A DNA stretch of 64,000 bases, taken from contig JANWWU010000042.1 of NCBI GenBank assembly GCA_025055595.1, positions 1,927-65,926 of the forward strand, given 5' to 3'. The DNA comes from Planctomycetota bacterium (GTDB lineage: Bacteria; Planctomycetota; UBA11346). The translations under genes and the position numbers were made by a program. The notes below the pieces were generated by a model, which was not told the origin of the DNA, made no database searches, and saw nothing but the letters and a program-made list of their open reading frames with translations. The stretch's first letter is position 1, and every line of letters begins with the position of its first letter. Shown here one piece after another: positions 1 through 16,247 of the stretch.

Positions 1-732
1 TTCATGGCCGGCGGCAGCCTGCGCGACCTGCTCGATCGCCGCAAGCGGCTGCCGGTCGCCGAGGCCGCCTGGGCCCTGGTCATGACGATCCGCGGGCTGC
101 TGGCGGCGCGCACCGTGCACCGCGATCTCAAGCCGGAGAACCTGCTGCTGACCCGCCCCGGCGGGCGCCGCGGCGAGGTCCGTCTCATCCCCGGCGACTA
201 CCGCCGCGGGTCCTGCGTCAAGGTCGCCGACTTCGGCTTGGCCAAGGCCTGGGATCCGAGCATGACCAAGCTGACGAAGACCGGGCAGGTGATGGGGACG
301 CCGCTGTACATGAGCCCGGAGCAGTGCCGCAACACGCGCGACGTCACCGTGCAGTGCGATATCTATGCCCTCGGCGTCATGCTCTACGAGATGACGGTCG
401 GCGCGCCGCCCTTCGATGCCGACAACGCTTACGACCTGATGCACAAGCACTGCCATGCGCCGGTGCCGCGGGCGCCGGGGGTGGAAGAGCGCGTGCAAGC
501 GGTCATCGAGCGCTGCATGGCCAAGAACCCCGATGAGCGCTATCGCACGCTGCGCGAGCTGGAGCGCGAACTGGCGACGCTCGCCGGGCTCGATGCGCGC
601 GGCGCGCGGATCGAGCGCGGCGCCGCCGGCTGGTCGCTGTGGACCTGGGTGATGCTGATCGCCGGCTTGGCGGCCTTCGTCGCGATCGCCTGGATCCTGC
701 GCGACGAGCTGCGGCGCGCCCTCGGCCTCTGA
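1..732 (+). CDS. Ser/Thr protein kinase, C-terminal part (5-prime end lies outside the window)
   Basis: The translation shows Hanks kinase subdomains HRDLKPENLLL, DFGLAK and GTPLYMSPEQ. A C-terminal hydrophobic helix follows (WSLWTWVMLIAGLAAFVAIAWIL). The N-lobe is absent and the frame is open to base 1. Confidence 0.85.
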   Translation, partial: FMAGGSLRDLLDRRKRLPVAEAAWALVMTIRGLLAARTVHRDLKPENLLLTRPGGRRGEVRLIPGDYRRGSCVKVADFGLAKAWDPSMTKLTKTGQVMGTPLYMSPEQCRNTRDVTVQCDIYALGVMLYEMTVGAPPFDADNAYDLMHKHCHAPVPRAPGVEERVQAVIERCMAKNPDERYRTLRELERELATLAGLDARGARIERGAAGWSLWTWVMLIAGLAAFVAIAWILRDELRRALGL

Positions 733-753
733 GGCTCGACAGCACGGGGGCGA

Positions 754-780
754 TTGACAGAACAGGACCAGCGTTAGCAT
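754..780 (+). promoter_or_regulatory. Possible sigma-70-type promoter for the tRNA-tuf block (TTGACA, 15-nt spacer, TAGCAT)
   Basis: TTGACA at 754-759 and TAGCAT at 775-780 lie in the kinase/tRNA intergenic region. The spacer is shorter than the optimal 17 nt. Confidence 0.3.
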
Positions 781-817
781 GCCTTGCCCTGCCCGTGCAG
801 GTGACGAGGGCCATTCC

Positions 818-893
818 GCCACCTTAGCTCAGCTGGTAGAGCAACGGTTTTGTAAACCGTCGGTCGCCGGTTCGAGCCCGGCAGGTGGCTCCA
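818..893 (+). tRNA. tRNA-Thr (anticodon UGU)
   Basis: Acceptor GCCACCT pairs with AGGTGGC. D arm is GCTC/GAGC. The anticodon stem ACGGT/ACCGT carries loop TTTGTAA. T loop is TTCGAGC. The 3-prime CCA is encoded. Confidence 0.9.
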
Positions 894-949
894 CGCCCCC
901 GCGCGGGCGTTGACAATCCGCGATGCGGCCGGCACGCCCGGGCGGCTGC

Positions 950-1036
950 GGGCAGATACCGAAGTGGCCAAACGGGGCAGACTGTAAATCTGTTGGCTTC
1001 ACGCCTTCGCTGGTTCGAATCCAGCTCTGCCCACCA
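950..1036 (+). tRNA. tRNA-Tyr (anticodon GUA), long variable arm
   Basis: Acceptor GGGCAGA pairs with TCTGCCC. Anticodon loop is CTGTAAA. It has a long extra arm, T loop TTCGAAT and an encoded CCA. Confidence 0.9.
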
Positions 1037-1048
1037 TGCCGCCTTCCT

Positions 1049-1122
1049 GCGGGTGTAGCTCAATGGCAGAGCGACAGCCTTCCAAGCTGAAGACGAGGGT
1101 TCGATTCCCTTCACCCGCTCCA
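1049..1122 (+). tRNA. tRNA-Gly (anticodon UCC)
   Basis: Acceptor GCGGGTG pairs with CACCCGC. Anticodon loop is CTTCCAA. T loop is TTCGATT and the CCA is encoded. Confidence 0.9.
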
Positions 1123-1130
1123 CCGCGTCC

Positions 1131-1205
<75 letters not shown>

Positions 1206-1250
1206 TCCCATCACCACCACCGGCGCCTAGCGCCACATGGAGAGCCTCAC

Positions 1251-2453
1251 ATGGCCAAGGAAAAGTTCGTTCGCAACAAGCCGCATGTCAATGTCGGCAC
1301 CATCGGGCACATCGACCACGGCAAGTCGACGCTGACCGCTGCGCTGGTCAATGTCTGCGCCCTGCGCGGCATGGCCGAGAAGAAGACCTATGCCGAGATC
1401 ACCAAGGGCGGCACGGTGCGCGATGCCAACAAGACGGTGACGATCGCGGCCTCGCATGTCGAGTACTCGAGCGACAAGCGCCACTACGCGCATGTCGACT
1501 GCCCGGGGCACGCCGACTTCATCAAGAACATGATCACCGGCGCGGCGCAGATGGACGGCGCGATCCTCGTCGTCTCGGCCGGCGACGGCCCGATGCCGCA
1601 GACCAAGGAGCACGTGCTGCTGGCGCGCCAGGTGGGCGTCAACCACATCGTCGTCTTCCTCAACAAGATCGACCTCGTCGATGACCCCGACCTGCTCGGC
1701 CTGGTCGAGGAGGAGATCCGCGACCTGCTGAAGAAGTACGGCTTCCCCGGCGACAAGACGCCGATCATCCGCGGCCGCAGCGACCTCGCGAAGGACGCGA
1801 CCAATCCCAACGCTCCCGAGTGCAAGCCGATCCTCGAGCTGCTCAAGGCGATGGACGAGTTCATCCCCGAGCCGGTGCGCGAGGCCGACAAGCCGTTCCT
1901 GATGAGCGTCGAGGACGTGTTCTCGATCTCCGGCCGCGGCACCGTCGCGACCGGGCGCGTCGAGCGCGGCCGCCTCAAGCTCGGCGAGCCGGTCGAGATC
2001 CTCGGCCTGCGCGATGAGCCGCTGCAGTCGGTCGTCACCGGCATCGAGATGTTCCGCAAGGAGATGGACGAAACGGTGGCCGGCGACAACTGCGGCCTGC
2101 TGCTGCGCGGCATCGAGAAGAACCAGGTCGAGCGCGGGATGGTGATCGCCAAGCCGAAGACCGTGACCACGCACAAGAAGTTCCAGTGCGAGGTCTATGT
2201 ACTGAAGGCCGAGGAAGGCGGGCGGAAGACCCCGTTCCAGAGCGGCTACCGTCCGCAGTTCTACTTCCGCACCACCGACGTCACCGGCACGGTCTCCTTG
2301 CCGGCCGGCCGGGAGGTCGTGATGCCCGGCGACAATGTCACGCTGACGGTGGAGCTGATCAGCAAGATCGCGATGGAGGAGAAGCTGCGCTTCGCCATCC
2401 GTGAGGGCGGGCGCACCGTCGGTTCCGGCGTCGTTACCAAGATCCTCGAGTAA
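1251..2453 (+). CDS. tuf: Elongation factor Tu
   Basis: The internal ATG at 1251 gives [37 protein letters not shown] and the C-terminal beta-barrel motifs ([16 protein letters not shown]) are present. The upstream part of track ORF 1161.. overlaps a tRNA and is not coding. Confidence 0.97.
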   Translation: MAKEKFVRNKPHVNVGTIGHIDHGKSTLTAALVNVCALRGMAEKKTYAEITKGGTVRDANKTVTIAASHVEYSSDKRHYAHVDCPGHADFIKNMITGAAQMDGAILVVSAGDGPMPQTKEHVLLARQVGVNHIVVFLNKIDLVDDPDLLGLVEEEIRDLLKKYGFPGDKTPIIRGRSDLAKDATNPNAPECKPILELLKAMDEFIPEPVREADKPFLMSVEDVFSISGRGTVATGRVERGRLKLGEPVEILGLRDEPLQSVVTGIEMFRKEMDETVAGDNCGLLLRGIEKNQVERGMVIAKPKTVTTHKKFQCEVYVLKAEEGGRKTPFQSGYRPQFYFRTTDVTGTVSLPAGREVVMPGDNVTLTVELISKIAMEEKLRFAIREGGRTVGSGVVTKILE

Positions 2454-2512
2454 CCACCAGGCAGCGCCGCGGGCGTCGCTGCCAGCGGCGCCCGCGGACA
2501 GGGAGGCGGTCC

Positions 2513-2674
2513 ATGGCCAAAGAGAAGCGCGAGCATGTCATGCTGGTCTGCACCGAGACCGGCGATATCAACTACTACACCAGCCGGGCGCGCACCACCG
2601 AGAAGCTGGAGCTGATGAAGTACTGCCCGCGCCTGCGCAAGCACACCCTGCACAAGGAGAAGAAGCGCAAGTGA
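2513..2674 (+). CDS. rpmG: 50S ribosomal protein L33
   Basis: My own translation gives a 53-aa product, [53 protein letters not shown]. It is too short for the ORF track. It sits in the classical tuf-rpmG-secE context. Confidence 0.88.
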   Translation: MAKEKREHVMLVCTETGDINYYTSRARTTEKLELMKYCPRLRKHTLHKEKKRK

Positions 2675-2696
2675 GGCCCTCGGCGAGGGCCCGTCT

Positions 2697-2772
2697 ACGG
2701 AGGTAGCTCAGCTGGTAGAGCAGCGGATTCCAAATCCGCCGGTCGGGGGTTCGAATCCCTTCCTCCGTGCCA
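2697..2772 (+). tRNA. tRNA-Trp (anticodon CCA)
   Basis: Acceptor ACGGAGG pairs with CCTCCGT. The anticodon stem GCGGA/TCCGC carries loop TTCCAAA. T loop is TTCGAAT and the CCA is encoded. Confidence 0.9.
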
Positions 2773-2791
2773 TTTTCTTCGGAAGCAACGC

Positions 2792-3190
2792 ATGTTCTAC
2801 CTCTGGCCACAAGGTCGTATCGTCCGCATCGCCGTGGTCGTGCTCGCGGCGCTCATCGCCGTCGACCTCGGCTACAGCGGGTCCTATGCGGCGTGGCGAG
2901 CCTACGCCGAAGGCGACGCGGGCGGCGTCCGGCAGCTGGTGCTCGCGGTGCTTTACGGCGTGCTCGCGTTGACGGCGCTGATCGTCGGCATCGTCGCCGC
3001 TGGCCCGCACCGCCGCGCCGTGCAGTTCCTGATCGAAGTCCAGGAAGAGATGCAGCGCGTGACCTGGCCGACCGGCAGCGAGCTCTGGCGCAGCACCCTG
3101 GTCGTCGCGGTCGCGATCGCCTGCCTGGCCGGCCTGGTGTTCCTGACCGATCTCGCCTTGTACCACCTGCTGCAGAGCATACGCGCGTGA
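2792..3190 (+). CDS. secE: Preprotein translocase subunit SecE (N-terminally extended, multi-helix form)
   Basis: The C-terminal part EVQEEMQRVTWPTGSELWRSTLVVAVAIACLAGLVFL matches the SecE signature plus its transmembrane helix. It sits immediately upstream of nusG. Confidence 0.85.
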   Translation: MFYLWPQGRIVRIAVVVLAALIAVDLGYSGSYAAWRAYAEGDAGGVRQLVLAVLYGVLALTALIVGIVAAGPHRRAVQFLIEVQEEMQRVTWPTGSELWRSTLVVAVAIACLAGLVFLTDLALYHLLQSIRA

Positions 3191-3205
3191 GCGCAGGAGG
3201 GCTGG

Positions 3206-3748
3206 ATGCGCTGGTATGTGTTGCGGGCGATGTCCGGGCGCGAGACGCAATGCCGCGAGCAGATCGCGGCATTGCTGCGCGTGCATCGCCTCGAGGACCG
3301 CGTCAAGCAGATGCTGATTCCGGTCGAGCGCGTCACCGAGGTCAAGCGCGGCAAGAAGGTGACGAGCGAGCGCAAGCTCTACCCAGGCTACATCTATGTC
3401 GAGGCCGAGCTCGACCAGCAGCTGATCGATCTGATGCGCAGCGTCGAGGGCGTCGGCGGCTTCCTCGGCGCCGATCCGCGCCATCCCGATCCGTTGAGCC
3501 CCGAGGAAGCCGAGCGCATCGTGCGCATCGCGACCGCCGCCACGCCCGATGAGCAGCGCCGCGAGCTCGTGCAGATCCCCTTCAAGGTAGATGACCGGAT
3601 CAAGGTCAAGGAAGGGACCTTCGCCGGCATGGAGGGCGTGGTCAAAGAGATCAATTCGAGCAAGGGCGAGGTGCAGGCGCTGATCACGGTCTTCGGCCGG
3701 CAGACGCCGGTGTGGCTCGAGGTCTGGCAGGTGGAGCCGGCCGTATGA
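3206..3748 (+). CDS. nusG: Transcription termination/antitermination factor NusG
   Basis: The N-terminus MRWYVLRAMSGRE is the NGN domain. The C-terminal KOW-like segment is KVKEGTFAGMEGVVKEI. It lies in the conserved secE-nusG-rplK context. Confidence 0.95.
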   Translation: MRWYVLRAMSGRETQCREQIAALLRVHRLEDRVKQMLIPVERVTEVKRGKKVTSERKLYPGYIYVEAELDQQLIDLMRSVEGVGGFLGADPRHPDPLSPEEAERIVRIATAATPDEQRRELVQIPFKVDDRIKVKEGTFAGMEGVVKEINSSKGEVQALITVFGRQTPVWLEVWQVEPAV

Positions 3749-3837
3749 GAGCTCGCCGCTTGCAGAGCCCGCAGAGTCGATAGCATCTAAAACCCGCTTC
3801 AACAAGCCGCGCATCGGCGGCCGATTCGCGATCCGTC

Positions 3838-4272
3838 ATGGCCAAGAAAGAAATCGTCGGCACGATCAATCTCGTCATTCCCGGCGGCGCCGCGACGCCG
3901 GCGCCGCCGGTCGGTCCGGCCCTCGGCGCCAAGGGAGTCAACATCGCCGCCTTCGTCAAGCAGTTCAACGACGCGACGGCGAAGATGAAGGGCGAGCTGA
4001 TCCCGGTGGTGATCACGGTTTACAAGGACAAGACCTTCTCGTTCATCCTCAAGCAGCCGCCAGTGTCGGCGCAGATCCGCAAGGCCGCCGGCATCGAGAA
4101 GGGCAGCGGCAAGGCCGGGCAGGGAGCTCCGGTCGGCCAGATCACCAAGGCCCAGGCGATGGAGATCGCCAAGAAGAAGGCTTCCGAGATGACCGCTGCC
4201 AGCCTCGAGGCGGCGCTGCGCTCGGTGATCGGCACCGCGCGCTCGATGGGGGTGAAGGTCGTCGACGCTTGA
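3838..4272 (+). CDS. rplK: 50S ribosomal protein L11
   Basis: The segment MAKKEIVGTINLVIPGGAATPAPPVGPALGAKGVNI is canonical L11. Confidence 0.97.
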   Translation: MAKKEIVGTINLVIPGGAATPAPPVGPALGAKGVNIAAFVKQFNDATAKMKGELIPVVITVYKDKTFSFILKQPPVSAQIRKAAGIEKGSGKAGQGAPVGQITKAQAMEIAKKKASEMTAASLEAALRSVIGTARSMGVKVVDA

Positions 4273-4327
4273 TTCGCGAGAGTCGCGTGGGAGGCGGGAG
4301 ACCCGCCGTTCGCACCACGGAGGATGC

Positions 4328-5044
4328 ATGAGAACACGCAGCAAACGCTATCGCCAACAGGTGGCGCTCGCCGAGCAGGAGGGCGGGCTGCGCACGCCGC
4401 GCGACATCCCCGCCGCGGTCGCGCTGGTCAAGCGGATGGCGCGCGCCAAGTTCACGGAGTCGGTCGACCTGTCGATCAAGCTCAACCTCGACACGAAGAA
4501 GGCCGATCAGCAGTTCCGTGGCTCCTTCTCGCTGCCGCACGGTACCGGCCGCGCCGTGCGGGTGATCGCCTTCGTCGATGACGCCGACCGCATCGCCGCC
4601 GCGCTTGCCGCCGGGGCGGTGAAGGCGGGCGGCGAGGACCTCGTCAAGGCGGTCGAGGGCGGCTTCATGGATTTCGATGTCGCGCTCGCGACGCCGAAGA
4701 TGATGCGCCTGGTCGGACGCCTCGGCAAGGTGCTCGGCCCGCGCGGCCTGATGCCGTCGCCGAAGTCCGGGACGGTGACCGACGACATCGCCGCCGCGGT
4801 CTCGGCCTTCAAGGGCGGGCGCATCGAGTTTCGTTCCGATGCCGCGGGCAACGTCCATGTCCGAGTCGGCACGGTCAAGTTCGAGGACGCCAAGCTCGTC
4901 GAGAACATCACGGCCTTCCTGCGGCATGTCGCGGACTCGCGGCCGGCGACGGTCAAGGGGGCCTTCATCCAGTCGGTGACGCTGTCGTCGACGATGGGGC
5001 CGGGCGTGCGCATCGCGTTCGCCGAGCAGAAGAAGGAGGGGTGA
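4328..5044 (+). CDS. rplA: 50S ribosomal protein L1
   Basis: A 238-aa product follows rplK. Typical L1 segments are present (FRGSFSLPHGTG, LGPRGLMPSPKSGTV). Confidence 0.97.
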   Translation: MRTRSKRYRQQVALAEQEGGLRTPRDIPAAVALVKRMARAKFTESVDLSIKLNLDTKKADQQFRGSFSLPHGTGRAVRVIAFVDDADRIAAALAAGAVKAGGEDLVKAVEGGFMDFDVALATPKMMRLVGRLGKVLGPRGLMPSPKSGTVTDDIAAAVSAFKGGRIEFRSDAAGNVHVRVGTVKFEDAKLVENITAFLRHVADSRPATVKGAFIQSVTLSSTMGPGVRIAFAEQKKEG

Positions 5045-5047
5045 GCC

Positions 5048-5551
5048 GTGCCCAGCCTGATCAACGAACTGATGCTCGCGGAGGTGTCGGCGGCGGTGCA
5101 GCGCGCGTCCGCGGTCGTCGTCGTCGACGCCTCGCGTCTCAACGCGGCCGACGCGATCGCCTTCCGCGCCAAGCTGCGCGGGGTCGGTGCGCGCCTGCTG
5201 TGCGCCAAGGCGAGCATCATCTACCGCGCGCTGCCTGCGGATTTCGCGCGCGTCGCGCCGTGCCGCGGCCCCGCCGGCCTCGTCTGCTGCGGCGACGACA
5301 TCGCGGCGACCGCCAAGCTGATCAACGAGCTGGCCAAGGAAGAGAAGATCGCGCTGAAGGGCGCGGTGATGGAGGGCCGCGCGCTCGATGCCGCGCGCGC
5401 CAAGGCGCTGGCCGATCTGCCGACGCGCGAGCAGGCGCGAGCCCAGCTCGTGCGCGCCCTGCAAGCGCCGCTCGCCCAGCTGGTCCGCATCGTCCACGCC
5501 AAGCCGAGCGAGCTCGTCCGCGTCCTCAAGGTCGCGAGCGAGCGCAACTAG
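5048..5551 (+). CDS. rplJ: 50S ribosomal protein L10
   Basis: A GTG start lies 3 nt after the rplA stop. The 167-aa product lies between rplA and rplL, with L10-like length and composition. Confidence 0.88.
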   Translation: MPSLINELMLAEVSAAVQRASAVVVVDASRLNAADAIAFRAKLRGVGARLLCAKASIIYRALPADFARVAPCRGPAGLVCCGDDIAATAKLINELAKEEKIALKGAVMEGRALDAARAKALADLPTREQARAQLVRALQAPLAQLVRIVHAKPSELVRVLKVASERN

Positions 5552-5608
5552 TCTCACCCGCCGGCGCATGCCGGCCAACGCCGCACTGCGGCAATGAAGG
5601 ACTGACCC

Positions 5609-6013
5609 ATGAGCGACAAGATCGCCACCATCGTCGAACAGGTGAAGAGCCTGACCGTCGTCGAACTCGTCGAGCTGGTCGCCCAGCTCAAGCAGGCGCT
5701 TGGCGTCAGCGACGCCGCCCTCGCCGGCCCGGCCGTGGTCGCCGCGCCGGCCGCCGGGGCGCCGGCGCCGGCGGCAGCGCCCGCCGCTGAGGCCCCGACC
5801 AGCTTCAAGGTCACGCTGGTCAGTGGCGGCGCCAACAAGATCAACGCGATCAAGGTCGTCCGCGAGGTCCTCGGCCTCGGCCTGGCCGATGCCAAGGCCT
5901 TCGTCGAAGGCGCCCCCAAGGTGGTCAAGGAAGGCATCGACAAGGCGGCCGCCGACGAGATCGCCAAGAAGTTCAAGGACGCTGGCGCCGAGGTCAAAGT
6001 CGAAGGCGTGTGA
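5609..6013 (+). CDS. rplL: 50S ribosomal protein L7/L12
   Basis: It has an N-terminal dimerisation helix, an Ala/Pro hinge (AAPAAGAPAPAAAPAAEAP) and the C-terminal domain KINAIKVVREVLGLGLADAKAFVEGAPKVVKEG. Confidence 0.96.
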   Translation: MSDKIATIVEQVKSLTVVELVELVAQLKQALGVSDAALAGPAVVAAPAAGAPAPAAAPAAEAPTSFKVTLVSGGANKINAIKVVREVLGLGLADAKAFVEGAPKVVKEGIDKAAADEIAKKFKDAGAEVKVEGV

Positions 6014-6020
6014 GCGTGCG

Positions 6021-6057
6021 CCCTGTCCGGCGCCGTTGCGGGGTTGACCGGGCAGGG
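6021..6057 (+). terminator. Stem-loop in the rplL-rpoB spacer (possible attenuator)
   Basis: CCCTGTCCGG (6021-6030) pairs with CCGGGCAGGG (6048-6057), giving 10 bp with one G-U pair. No U-tract follows. The position matches the attenuator known between rplL and rpoB in E. coli. Confidence 0.35.
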
Positions 6058-6158
6058 CCTTGCATGCAGTCGGGATACGTCATCATGCTCGCCCTTCACA
6101 CGGCGAGCGAGCTCGTCTGCGCCGCGGCAGCGGCGCCGATCGCCAACGCGGGGGCTCC

Positions 6159-10010
<3,852 letters not shown>

Positions 10011-10034
10011 GGTCCGCAGAGAGGTAACGCATCC

Positions 10035-14181
<4,147 letters not shown>

Positions 14182-14195
<14 letters not shown>

Positions 14196-14559
14196 CCAGC
14201 TGATCCGCAAGGGCCGCATCAAGGTCAAGCGCAAGACCAAGAGCCCGCAGCTCGAAGGCAATCCGTTCAAGCGCGGGGTCTGCCTGCAGGTCAAGACGAT
14301 GACCCCGAAGAAGCCGAACTCCGCGCTGCGCAAGATCGCGCGCGTGCGGCTGTCGAACGGCAAAGAAGTGACCGCCTACATCGGCGGCGAGAAGCACAAC
14401 CTGCAGGAGCACTCGCTGGTCCTGGTCCGCGGCGGCCGCGTGCATGACCTGCCGGGCGTCCGCTACCACATCGTTCGCGGCAAGCTCGACTGCCAGGGCG
14501 TGCAGGGCCGCATGCAGGGCCGCTCGCTCTACGGCGCGAAGCGGCCGAAGAAGAAGTGA
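14182..14559 (+). CDS. rpsL: 30S ribosomal protein S12
   Basis: A GTG at 14182 is preceded by AGGAGA and gives (V)[11 protein letters not shown]...[10 protein letters not shown]...[17 protein letters not shown]. The start overlaps the last 14 nt of rpoC in another frame. Confidence 0.94.
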
Positions 14560-14611
14560 TCTCTGCCACGCAGTACCTCCAGGCCGGGTGCCTGGGCCAA
14601 GGGAAGACGCG

Positions 14612-15202
14612 ATGACGACCGCCACCGACCCCTCCGAACAGCTCCCCGACAACGGCGATCCCGATCTCGCCGACCAGGTGCAGATCAACGAGGACGGCAC
14701 GATCGTCCTCGCGCAGAGCGGCGAGCCGGCCAAGCCGCCGCCGGCCCAGCAGTGGACCGGCCGGACGCTGATGCCGGATCCCCGCTTCAACAGCTTGCTC
14801 GTCGCCAAGTTCATCAACTGCTTGATGTGGAACGGCAAGAAGTCGGTGGCGGAGACGATCTTCTACGCGGCGATGGATCAGATCGCCGAGAAGATGAAGA
14901 CCGATCCCCTGCCGATCTTTGAGCAGGCGGTCGAGAACGCCAAGCCCCTCGTCGAGGTGCGCAGCAAGCGCATTGGCGGCGCGAACTACCAGGTGCCGGT
15001 GGAAGTGAACAAGAAGCGGCAGCAGACGTTGGCGATCCGCTGGATCATCGAGTCGGTGCGCACCCGCAAGGGCCGCCCGACCTGCGAGAAGCTCGCCCAG
15101 GAGATCATCGACTGCTACAACAAGACCGGCGCCACCATCCAGAAGCGCGAGGCGACGCACCGCATGGCCGAGGCCAACAAGGCCTTCGCGCACTTCGCGT
15201 AA
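14612..15202 (+). CDS. rpsG: 30S ribosomal protein S7 with a roughly 40-aa acidic N-terminal extension
   Basis: The canonical S7 core starts at [36 protein letters not shown] and ends in [14 protein letters not shown]. The first in-frame ATG after the rpsL stop is at 14612. Confidence 0.9.
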   Translation: MTTATDPSEQLPDNGDPDLADQVQINEDGTIVLAQSGEPAKPPPAQQWTGRTLMPDPRFNSLLVAKFINCLMWNGKKSVAETIFYAAMDQIAEKMKTDPLPIFEQAVENAKPLVEVRSKRIGGANYQVPVEVNKKRQQTLAIRWIIESVRTRKGRPTCEKLAQEIIDCYNKTGATIQKREATHRMAEANKAFAHFA

Positions 15203-15207
15203 ACCAC

Positions 15208-15234
15208 GAACCCCGTGGCTGGGCCACGGGGTTC
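15208..15234. terminator. Bidirectional terminator hairpin between convergent rpsG and hsp20
   Basis: A perfect 12-bp inverted repeat, GAACCCCGTGGC-tgg-GCCACGGGGTTC, lies directly after the rpsG stop. Confidence 0.6.
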
Positions 15235-15256
15235 GGTGGCGCGTGCGCGGCGCCGC

Positions 15257-15652
15257 TCAGCCGGCGGTGACGGCGATGCGCTTGGCCTGTGCTGCGGCGC
15301 GCTTCGGCAGGGTGACGCGGACCACGCCGTCCTTGGCCTGCGCGGTGATGCGCTCGGTGTCGATCGCGTGCCCGAGGCGGAAGGTCCGCTCATAGTCGCG
15401 CAGCGCGTACTCGCGCCAGATCACCTGGAAGCTGCGCGGTTCCTCGAGGCGCGTCGTGCCGCGCAGGGTCAGGACATCGCCGTGAACGCGGACATCGATG
15501 CTGTCGGCGCTGACGCCGGGCATGTCGGCGATCAGCAGCACGGCATCGTCGGTCTCCAGGATGTCGACGCGCGGCGCGACGACGCGGCGCTCGCTGCGCA
15601 CTGGGGCAGCGCTGACCTCGCTCTTGGTTTCGGGCTTGAACAGCGAGAACAT
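15257..15652 (-). CDS. Small heat-shock protein (Hsp20/alpha-crystallin family), downstream copy
   Basis: The alpha-crystallin domain reads VDILETDDAVLLIADMPGVSADSIDVRVHGDVLTLRG...AQAKDGVVRVTLPK. The start was chosen at the ATG preceded by GGAGGAAGCC, the same context as the upstream copy. Confidence 0.9.
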   Translation of the reverse strand: MFSLFKPETKSEVSAAPVRSERRVVAPRVDILETDDAVLLIADMPGVSADSIDVRVHGDVLTLRGTTRLEEPRSFQVIWREYALRDYERTFRLGHAIDTERITAQAKDGVVRVTLPKRAAAQAKRIAVTAG

Positions 15653-15669
15653 GGCTTCCTCCTTGGGGT

Positions 15670-16083
15670 TCAAGCGGTGGCGACGGTGATCTTGCGTGGA
15701 CGGTCGGCTTCCGTGCGGCGCAGGGCGACCGTCAGGATGCCGTCTTTGAGCCGAGCCTCGACCTGGTTGGCATCGACCGCGAAGGGCAGGGCGACGCTGC
15801 GGCTGAAGCGCAGCTCCGGCCGCTCGTTGACCAGCAGCTCGCCGGCCGTCGCTTCGGCGGCGCGCTCGGCCGTGATGGTCAGGACATCGTCGAGCAGCTG
15901 CACCTGCACCTGATCGGGACGGACGCCCGGCAGCTCGGTGGTGACCACCGCTGCCTCGTCGTTGGCGTAGACATTGATGCCGGGCGAGGAACCCGCTGTC
16001 GACCAGGTGCGATCGAGCAACCGATCGAGACCGGCCATCAGGGCATCGATCTCACGGAAGGGATCCCATGCATAGCTTGTCAT
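15670..16083 (-). CDS. Small heat-shock protein (Hsp20/alpha-crystallin family), upstream copy
   Basis: The start MTSYAWDPFREID leads into the domain VYANDEAAVVTTELPGVRPDQVQVQLLDDVLTITAER...ARLKDGILTVALRR. The ATG at 16083 is preceded by CAGGAGGAAGCC. Confidence 0.9.
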   Translation of the reverse strand: MTSYAWDPFREIDALMAGLDRLLDRTWSTAGSSPGINVYANDEAAVVTTELPGVRPDQVQVQLLDDVLTITAERAAEATAGELLVNERPELRFSRSVALPFAVDANQVEARLKDGILTVALRRTEADRPRKITVATA

Positions 16084-16132
16084 GGCTTCCTCCTGTTTCT
16101 CCTGCGCTGGGTGGCCAGCGCACTGAGTAAGG

Positions 16133-16148
16133 AGCATCTAGCATGCCA
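16133..16148 (-). promoter_or_regulatory. Sigma-54-like -24/-12 element upstream of the hsp20 pair
   Basis: The minus strand reads TGGCAT-GCTAG-ATGCT, against consensus TGGCAC-N5-TTGCW. 50 nt separate the GC dinucleotide from the hsp20 ATG. Confidence 0.4.
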
Positions 16149-16247
16149 AGCGCAAAAGGGCTCAAAATCACGCTCTTTTCTGTCAAAAAGACAAAGACGT
16201 CGGCTTGCTGCGTGACGAATGGTCAGCATGACCGAGACTAGGCCGCG

